Of a stretch of DNA of 64,000 nt, positions 58,647 to 64,000 are shown piece by piece. The stretch covers positions 2,368,001 through 2,432,000 of the forward strand of contig OY970173.1 of NCBI GenBank assembly GCA_963707635.1, read 5' to 3'. How positions within the stretch are numbered: the first letter of the stretch is position 1; every line of letters begins with the position of its first letter. Source of the DNA: Candidatus Latescibacterota bacterium (GTDB lineage Bacteria; Krumholzibacteriota; Krumholzibacteriia; WVZY01; JAKEHA01). Below the pieces are notes generated by a model. The model saw nothing but the letters and a program-made list of their open reading frames with translations. It was not told the DNA's origin and ran no database searches. The position numbers and the translations under genes were made by a program.

Positions 58647-59246
58647 CTAGAGCGTTTCCCGGCGGTCGATGGCTCGGGCGAGGGTGATATCGTCAACGAA
58701 TTCAAGGGCCCCGCCCATCGGAAGCCCTCTAGCAAGTCTCGTGACAGTGCACCCGTAGGGAGCGACGGCGCGGGCGATGAAGAGGGCGGTGGCGTCGCCC
58801 TCCACGGTAGGATTCGTGGCCACAATGAGTTCCCGGACGGCGCCGTCCCGGACCCGGGCCTCCAGGGTTCGCAGGTTCAGATTTTCCGGCCCCACCCCGT
58901 CTACCGGAGACAGGACCCCATGCAATACGTGGTAGCGCCCCCGGAACCGCCGGGTCCGCTCCATGACGATCACGTCCTGGGGCTGTTCGACGACGCAGAT
59001 CAGGTCGGTGGTCCGGGACTTATCTTCGCAAATTGCACACTCTTGGGCCTCGGTGATCGAGCCGCAGATCGAACAGAACCGGACCTTTTGCTTGAGGTCG
59101 ACCAGTAGCTGCGAGATCCTCTCGGCCTCCGTGTTATCGGGGCGGAGCAGGTGCAGGGCGAGGCGCAGGGCGGTCTTGGTGCCGATTCCAGGCAGCCGCG
59201 ACAGGGACTTTACCAGGGCGGTCAGCGTCTCGGAGCCGAGATCCAT
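58647..59246 (-). CDS. recR: Recombination mediator RecR
   Basis: LPGIGTKTA.RLA, CSICG...CAIC, YHVLHG.LSP.DG, ATNPTVEGDATA. Confidence 0.96.
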   Translation of the reverse strand: MDLGSETLTALVKSLSRLPGIGTKTALRLALHLLRPDNTEAERISQLLVDLKQKVRFCSICGSITEAQECAICEDKSRTTDLICVVEQPQDVIVMERTRRFRGRYHVLHGVLSPVDGVGPENLNLRTLEARVRDGAVRELIVATNPTVEGDATALFIARAVAPYGCTVTRLARGLPMGGALEFVDDITLARAIDRRETL

Positions 59247-59266
59247 CGCCGGACGCCTCCCGTTTC

Positions 59267-59578
59267 CTAGGTCAGTCCGGGGATGTTCATGCCCCCGGTG
59301 ATGGCGGCGATTCGCTCCCGGGCGAGCTCGGACGCCTTCTCGTGCGCCTCGTTCACGGCGGCGGTGATCAAGTCCTCGAGCATCTCGCGGTCGCCGTCCT
59401 TGAAGACGTCGTCGCGGATCGAAAGGCGCACCAGCTTCTGCTTCCCGTTCATGCGCACGGTGACGGCCCCACCCCCGCTCGAGACGTCGAACTCTTCGGC
59501 GGCAAGCTCTTCCTCGAGCTTCGCCATCTTCGACTGCATCTGCTGCGCCTGCTTGACCATCTTCATGAAGTCCGCCAT
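59267..59578 (-). CDS. ybaB: YbaB/EbfC nucleoid-associated protein
   Basis: KQAQQMQ, SGGGAVTV..NG, EMLEDLI.AAVNEA. Confidence 0.94.
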   Translation of the reverse strand: MADFMKMVKQAQQMQSKMAKLEEELAAEEFDVSSGGGAVTVRMNGKQKLVRLSIRDDVFKDGDREMLEDLITAAVNEAHEKASELARERIAAITGGMNIPGLT

Positions 59579-59590
59579 GCGAATGCCCCT

Positions 59591-61390
59591 CTAGGTTTGG
59601 TAGCGAACGATTTCGCCGTCGAATTCGCTGATGAGTTTCTGGAGCACGGGACGCTTGTCGTCGGAGATGTCGCGAAAGCGCTCCTCGGGCGCCTTCTGCT
59701 GCTCGAGCGCCTGTTCCAGCGCCACGGTCCGCTCCTCGCCCTCGGAGAAACACGCGATCTCGGCGGCCCGCCCGAAGTAGCGCGCGAACGACTCCTGCAC
59801 GAACTGGATGCTCTCGGGCCGGGAGGCCTGCTCGCGCTGTAGCGCGAAGCTCTTCAGGAACCGGATGAGGAGACGGTTGCCGTCGAAGGAGTGCGGGCGC
59901 CCCGAGATGAGGCACACGCCGAGCGAGACGCGTTTCTGACGCACGAAGGTGACGAAGCCCTCCCACAATTCCTGGATCTTGGCCAGATCGAGCTCGCCGT
60001 CCGCGAGGCTCGCGGGCCGTTCGCGGTCGGCCGCTTCCTCCTCGCGGTCCTCGCGGCGCCGTCCGCCCACGAGTGCCTCGGGTCCAACCAACGGAGGCAT
60101 TCCCACCTTCGCGGCACCCACGGGTCCTGCGGCCGCGCGCGCGGCGCCACCCGGCACCGGGTCCAGCGCGGGCTCGTGCGACGGGCCTGCCGCCGGCGAC
60201 GCCGACTTGCCAGGGCGCTTCGTGGCGCCCGCCCCGTCGGCCGGCCCGCCGGCGTTCGTCTCGCCGTCGAGACGGGCGATCAGCGTGCGGATGTCCGTCT
60301 GGCGGTCGAGTAGCGCCAGATCGACCAGGACGCCTTCGAGAAAAATGCGCGGGTCGGACATGCCGCGCAGGCGCCCGGCCGCGTTGCACAGCCGCTCGAC
60401 CACGACGACGAGATCGGCGAGCTCGTAGTGCGCGAGGCTCTGGCGCAGGTGGTCGATCTCGCTCTGCGACCGGAACAGGAGCGACGTCAGGTCGCCCGGC
60501 ACCGCGAGCACCATCAGGTCGCGGTAGCCTTCGATCAGGGCGGAGAGCAGATCGGGCAGGTCCACGCCCTCGTTCACCGCCTGCTCCAGCAGCACGAGCG
60601 GCGCCGACGCGTCCCCGCTCGCGATGCCGTCGACGAACGCGAGCACCTTCTCCTGGTCGATGAGACCGAGAATGTCGCGCACCGCCGCGGCGGTCACGTT
60701 ACCGCCCGACGCCGTCACGCACTGGTCGAGCAGGCTGGTGCCGTCGCGCATGCTCCCGTCGGCCTTGCGGGCCAAGAGGCGCAGGCCGTCGGCCTCGTAC
60801 TGGACCTTCTCCGCCCGGCAGATGACTTCCAGCTGGCCGGCGATCTCGGCGTTCTCTAGCCGCTTGAAATGGTGGCGCTGGCAGCGGGACTTGATCGTGT
60901 CGGGGATCTTCTGCGGCGAAGTGGTCGCGAAGACGAAATAGACGTGCGCGGGCGGCTCTTCCAGCGTCTTGAGCAGCGCGTTGAACGCGTGCGTCGAGAG
61001 CATGTGCACTTCGTCGATCACGTACACCTTGTTGCGACTCTGGCTCGGCGTGAAGCCGATGCTCTCCTGGAGCTCGCGCACCTCGCCCACACCGGTGTGC
61101 GAGGCGCCGTCGATTTCCATCACGTCGAGGTGGTTGCCGCGCATGACCGCGACGCACGACGGGCACTGGTTGCAGGGGTTACCGTTCTGGAGATTCTCGC
61201 AGTTGATGACGCGGGCGAGTATGCGCGCCGTGCTGGTCTTGCCGCACCCGCGCGGGCCCGAAAAGAGATACGCGTGCGACACACGCCCGCTCTCGACCGC
61301 CTTCTTGAGCGTGCGCGTGATGTGCTCCTGGCCGACGACGTCGTCGAAGGTCAGGGGTCGCCACTTGCGGGCCAGGACCTCGTAGCTCAT
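59591..61390 (-). CDS. dnaX: DNA polymerase III subunit gamma/tau
   Basis: LARKWRP..F, GPRGCGKTS, EIDGAS, IDEVHML, NALLKTLEEPP, SRC. Confidence 0.97.
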   Translation of the reverse strand: MSYEVLARKWRPLTFDDVVGQEHITRTLKKAVESGRVSHAYLFSGPRGCGKTSTARILARVINCENLQNGNPCNQCPSCVAVMRGNHLDVMEIDGASHTGVGEVRELQESIGFTPSQSRNKVYVIDEVHMLSTHAFNALLKTLEEPPAHVYFVFATTSPQKIPDTIKSRCQRHHFKRLENAEIAGQLEVICRAEKVQYEADGLRLLARKADGSMRDGTSLLDQCVTASGGNVTAAAVRDILGLIDQEKVLAFVDGIASGDASAPLVLLEQAVNEGVDLPDLLSALIEGYRDLMVLAVPGDLTSLLFRSQSEIDHLRQSLAHYELADLVVVVERLCNAAGRLRGMSDPRIFLEGVLVDLALLDRQTDIRTLIARLDGETNAGGPADGAGATKRPGKSASPAAGPSHEPALDPVPGGAARAAAGPVGAAKVGMPPLVGPEALVGGRRREDREEEAADRERPASLADGELDLAKIQELWEGFVTFVRQKRVSLGVCLISGRPHSFDGNRLLIRFLKSFALQREQASRPESIQFVQESFARYFGRAAEIACFSEGEERTVALEQALEQQKAPEERFRDISDDKRPVLQKLISEFDGEIVRYQT

Positions 61391-61435
61391 TCGATCCTTC
61401 CGGACGACGGCGCGGCGCCCGCGGCGGCGCCGCGT

Positions 61436-61552
61436 CACGAGTGGCGGTCAGGCGTGTCCACGTCACATGAGCAGATCCGCTTACCGCTGCTACCTTCCGG
61501 TCCTGACGGAATTCACGGCAACTCATTGCGTGGGACCCGACCGCCACTCGTG
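61436..61552 (-). ncRNA. ffs: Signal recognition particle RNA (4.5S, small form)
   Basis: Long hairpin closed by CACGAGTGGCGGTC/GACCGCCACTCGTG, with helix-8 core TCAGGACCGGAAGGTAGCAGC; upstream of dnaX. Confidence 0.93.
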
Positions 61553-61606
61553 CACGCGAGCACGGCCGCCGCGCTGCCGGACCCGCGGGCCCGGCGTGGA
61601 GAAAAA

Positions 61607-61682
61607 TGGTGGAGATGAGCGGGCTCGAACCGCCGACCTCCTCGTTGCGAACGAGGCGCTCTCCCAGCTGAGCTACATCCCC
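61607..61682 (-). tRNA. tRNA-Ala (anticodon CGC)
   Basis: GGGGATGTAGCTCAGCTGGGAGAGCGCCTCGTTCGCAACGAGGAGGTCGGCGGTTCGAGCCCGCTCATCTCCACCA; G3:U70 pair. Confidence 0.96.
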
Positions 61683-61730
61683 ACCTGCCCGGCCGATCGC
61701 CCCGGGGTGGTGTCAAATCTAACAAAAAAA

Positions 61731-61820
61731 TGGCGGAGAGAGAGGGATTCGAACCCTCGGAACGCTTGCGCGCTCAACGGTTTTCGAGACCGCCCCATTC
61801 AACCGCTCTGGCATCTCTCC
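61731..61820 (-). tRNA. tRNA-Ser (anticodon CGA)
   Basis: GGAGAGATGCCAGAGCGGTTGAATGGGGCGGTCTCGAAAACCG...long variable arm...GTTCGAATCCCTCTCTCTCCGCCA. Confidence 0.96.
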
Positions 61821-61826
61821 GGGCGG

Positions 61827-61855
61827 ATACTACTAGAGGTCGAACGCGAAGGCAA
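61827..61855 (-). promoter_or_regulatory. Putative sigma70 promoter of tRNA-Ser/tRNA-Ala/ffs
   Basis: TTGCCT-N17-TAGTAT, 6 nt before the tRNA. Confidence 0.65.
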
Positions 61856-61891
61856 GTCTCGACATCGCCGCCAGAACCGCGGCGCGTGGCC

Positions 61892-62101
61892 TCATTCGAG
61901 GGGTGGGCGCTTCGCTTCTTCCCGGCGGGCGCGGCGCGTGGAAACCGAATCGAGCACAAGGAGCTTTTCTTCCGGAGTCATCCCCGACCACATCGCGATC
62001 TCGTCGAGTGTGCGCAGACAGCCGGCGCAGAGGTCGGTGACGGGATCGACCGAGCACAGGTTGGTGCACGGAGACGGCGGGTGCGGCATCGAGTCCGACA
62101 T
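61892..62101 (-). CDS. DUF1289 small Cys-rich protein
   Basis: PSPCTNLC.......CAGCLRTLDEIAMW. Confidence 0.85.
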   Translation of the reverse strand: MSDSMPHPPSPCTNLCSVDPVTDLCAGCLRTLDEIAMWSGMTPEEKLLVLDSVSTRRARREEAKRPPLE

Positions 62102-62110
62102 GAGAGCAAA

Positions 62111-63181
62111 CTAGGCCGATTCCAGCCGGCGAGCAAACCCCTTCGAGACCTCGAGCGCCAGCTCGAACGAGCGGCGGCAGGTCGCTTCGCTCGACCCCGC
62201 CAGGCCGCACGACGCCGTCACCAGCGACCGGGCGCGAATGCGATCGAGGTCGACTCCCTCCCCCGCGTCCACCAGCCGCCGGGCCGAATCGAACCAGCGC
62301 GCGGCCAGCGCGTCGGCGTCGACACCGCTCAAGTCGTCGAGGGTGGGGATCCATCCCCAGGCGACGTTCCCACCGCCCGCCACGTAGCGGCGGGCGTCCG
62401 CGTCGCGCGCGAAGTCGCCTCCCCCGCGGTAGGCATCGAACGAATAGAGGTCCGGCTCGAGGTCGGCGATGACCGACAGAGGAACTTGATCGCAGCAGTG
62501 CAGTCCGACCAGGACGCCGGGCCGGCGCACGCGCAGGATGACGGAACGCAGCAGGTCGACGATCGCCGCGCGCCGGTCCGGCTCCCGGCGCAGCGCGACG
62601 CCGAGATAGGCGTCGTCGAGCACCAGCAGCACCGACGGGGCGTGGCGGAGCAGGGCCTCCGACTGCCAGCGGGCGAGGCGAACGATGTAGTTGCCTATCG
62701 CCGCGCGCGCCTCCGGGCGATCGAGCAGCGGCGAGCCTTCGGCGAGCAGCATGCACGCCACCGTGACCGGCCCCATCACCTGTCCCTTGATGGCGCGCGC
62801 GCGCGCAAACATCCCGCGCTCGAGCCCCTCCACGAACGCGAAGTAGCCGGAGGCGGCGCCCGGCTCGAAACGTGCCTCCCCGTTCTCGAGCGCCGCGAGC
62901 AGTCGATCGATGCGCTCGACCGGCACCGCGAACGCGTGCTCGCCGCGCACGGCGACGACGTGGCGAAAAGCGGCGCCCAGGGTCTGCGGAATCATGGCCT
63001 CACGGGTGCACTTGCGGCGCAGCTGCGGCCAGAACGGAACCTCGGGCGCGTACTCGGCGACGAACCGGACCGCGGCGGCGGGGTCGAGGAACGGGAGGCT
63101 TCCCACGCCGGAAACCGAACCGTCGCCGCAGAACCACACGGATGGTGCGCGTATCGGAACGTCGTCGCCCTGAACAGTCAT
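62111..63181 (-). CDS. Core (single-domain) MetE-like methionine synthase family protein (MesB-like)
   Basis: GVGSLP..D, PEVPFWPQL, KGQVMGPVT, GLHCC, AWGWIPT, TASCGLAG (His/Cys/Cys Zn ligands). Confidence 0.75.
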   Translation of the reverse strand: MTVQGDDVPIRAPSVWFCGDGSVSGVGSLPFLDPAAAVRFVAEYAPEVPFWPQLRRKCTREAMIPQTLGAAFRHVVAVRGEHAFAVPVERIDRLLAALENGEARFEPGAASGYFAFVEGLERGMFARARAIKGQVMGPVTVACMLLAEGSPLLDRPEARAAIGNYIVRLARWQSEALLRHAPSVLLVLDDAYLGVALRREPDRRAAIVDLLRSVILRVRRPGVLVGLHCCDQVPLSVIADLEPDLYSFDAYRGGGDFARDADARRYVAGGGNVAWGWIPTLDDLSGVDADALAARWFDSARRLVDAGEGVDLDRIRARSLVTASCGLAGSSEATCRRSFELALEVSKGFARRLESA

Positions 63182-63243
63182 TTGTCCCTTGTGGCTCGAT
63201 CGACGAACGCAGCCGACTCGAGCCCCATCAGCGGTAAATACTA

Positions 63244-63333
63244 TGGCGGAGAGAGAGGGATTCGAACCCTCGGAACGCTTTCGCGCTCACACGATTTCCA
63301 ATCGTGCCGATTAAACCACTCTCGCATCTCTCC
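63244..63333 (-). tRNA. tRNA-Ser (anticodon GGA)
   Basis: GGAGAGATGCGAGAGTGGTTTAATCGGCACGATTGGAAATCGTG...GTTCGAATCCCTCTCTCTCCGCCA. Confidence 0.96.
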
Positions 63334-63358
63334 CTAAGACCATGGCCGACGCCGCGCG

Positions 63359-63814
63359 TTACGCGCGGCGCGCCTCGAAAAACCGTTGCATGAGTTCACG
63401 GCACCGCGCTTCCTCCACCCCACCGATGACGGTCACGCGGTGGAGCAGACGCGGTTCGTTGGGTATCGCCAGGACGCTTTCACACGCGCCCATTTTCGGC
63501 TCGCGCGCGCCGAAGACGACGCGCGGCAGCCGGGCGAGGAGCACCGCACCGATGCACATGACGCAGGGCTCGATGGTCGAATAGAGCACCGCCTGCCCGA
63601 GATCGTGCGCGCCAACGGTTGCGACCGCCTGCCACAGCGCGAGAATCTCCGCGTGCTCGAAGGGCTGGCCGGTGCGAACGCTGCGATTGTGCCCCCGACC
63701 GACCACCCGCTCTTCCAGCACCACCACCGCTCCCACCGGAACTTCGCCGGCCTCGTACGCCGTCTCCGCCTCGCGGATGGCCTCGGCCATCCACCGCGCG
63801 TCCGAGTCCGTCAT
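63359..63814 (-). CDS. tadA: tRNA adenosine(34) deaminase
   Basis: GEVPVGAVVV, HAE, EPCVMC, FGAREPK, FFEARR. Confidence 0.9.
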   Translation of the reverse strand: MTDSDARWMAEAIREAETAYEAGEVPVGAVVVLEERVVGRGHNRSVRTGQPFEHAEILALWQAVATVGAHDLGQAVLYSTIEPCVMCIGAVLLARLPRVVFGAREPKMGACESVLAIPNEPRLLHRVTVIGGVEEARCRELMQRFFEARRA

Positions 63815-63830
63815 AACGCCTTTGAGCCGC

Positions 63831-64000
63831 TCACCGGGCCGGGAGGCTCGCCGCCAGCGACTGTGCAACCTTGATCGCCACGTCCTCGAACGGGGGCGCG
63901 CGATGGACCTTCTTCCCCAGGTCGGCGTAGACGGCTCCCGACCCGCTGGTCACGAGCGAGCGATCCGCCGTCTCGGAACGGGCCCCCTCAATATAGTCCT
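63831..64000 (-). CDS. 3' end of a hypothetical protein (truncated by the window edge)
   Basis: Open frame ...DYIEGARSETADRSLVTSGSGAVYADLGKKVHRAPPFEDVAIKVAQSLAASLPAR* ends just upstream of tadA. Confidence 0.45.
   Translation of the reverse strand, partial: DYIEGARSETADRSLVTSGSGAVYADLGKKVHRAPPFEDVAIKVAQSLAASLPAR

Noticed and set aside
58731..58747. Sigma54-like sequence CTGTCACGAGACTTGCT inside recR, upstream of mglB
   Set aside because: The near-invariant -24 GG is GT here, so it cannot be supported, although local codon usage hints at some embedded regulatory element.
59591..61390. Programmed frameshift or slippage site in dnaX
   Set aside because: I saw no A-AAA-AAG heptamer or poly-A run on the coding strand.
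61731..61780. tRNA-Ser 3' duplication as the att site of a prophage or ICE
   Set aside because: Both copies belong to complete tRNA genes with different anticodons, and no integrase is present.
1..64000. Defence systems, CRISPR arrays, retrons, transposases, rRNA, selenoprotein TGA readthrough
   Set aside because: No supporting motifs were seen. Nearly all sequence is accounted for by the listed genes and short spacers.

Overview
This is 64 kb of a GC-rich bacterial chromosome, mostly core genes, and nearly all of them lie on the minus strand. The organism looks diderm: it has lipoproteins, a TonB protein, an LpoA-like protein and an SLBB export protein. One secreted protein ends in a 'TWGxxKxLY' tail, which suggests (by inference) a Krumholzibacteriota/Latescibacterota/Eisenbacteria-like lineage. 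Contents from left to right: (1) a membrane glycosylation locus with a YfhO-like and a DUF2723/TMEM260-like GT-C, a GT2, GT4s, a flippase-like protein, an epimerase and a methyltransferase; (2) FMN riboswitch-ribD-ribE-ribBA-ribH-nusB; (3) selA, a SPOR protein, smc and ftsY; (4) an amidase lipoprotein and TonB; (5) manC, a PPIase, DUF151 and an LpoA-like protein; (6) ispE-spoVG-tRNA-Gln-prs-rplY-pth-rpsF-rpsR-rplI; (7) a second polysaccharide operon with SLBB, long RmlA, GmhA, GT4s, a WecA-pseudo-CapD fusion and a UbiA-like gene; (8) pgpA-cinA-thpR-recA-recX-alaS; (9) a DMT transporter, an ATL gene, tandem tpl and a multiply frameshifted tnaA; (10) tadA, tRNA-Ser, a MetE-core-like gene, DUF1289, tRNA-Ser, tRNA-Ala, SRP RNA, dnaX-ybaB-recR-mglB-mglA. 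I saw no CRISPR array, transposase, integrase or prophage. The best candidates for new biology are the dual GT-C (TMEM260-like) glycosylation locus, the WecA-pseudo-dehydratase fusion, the pseudo-ATPase-TM-SPOR protein and the TWGxxK C-terminal sorting-like motif. All calls come from motif recognition by eye; no searches were run.
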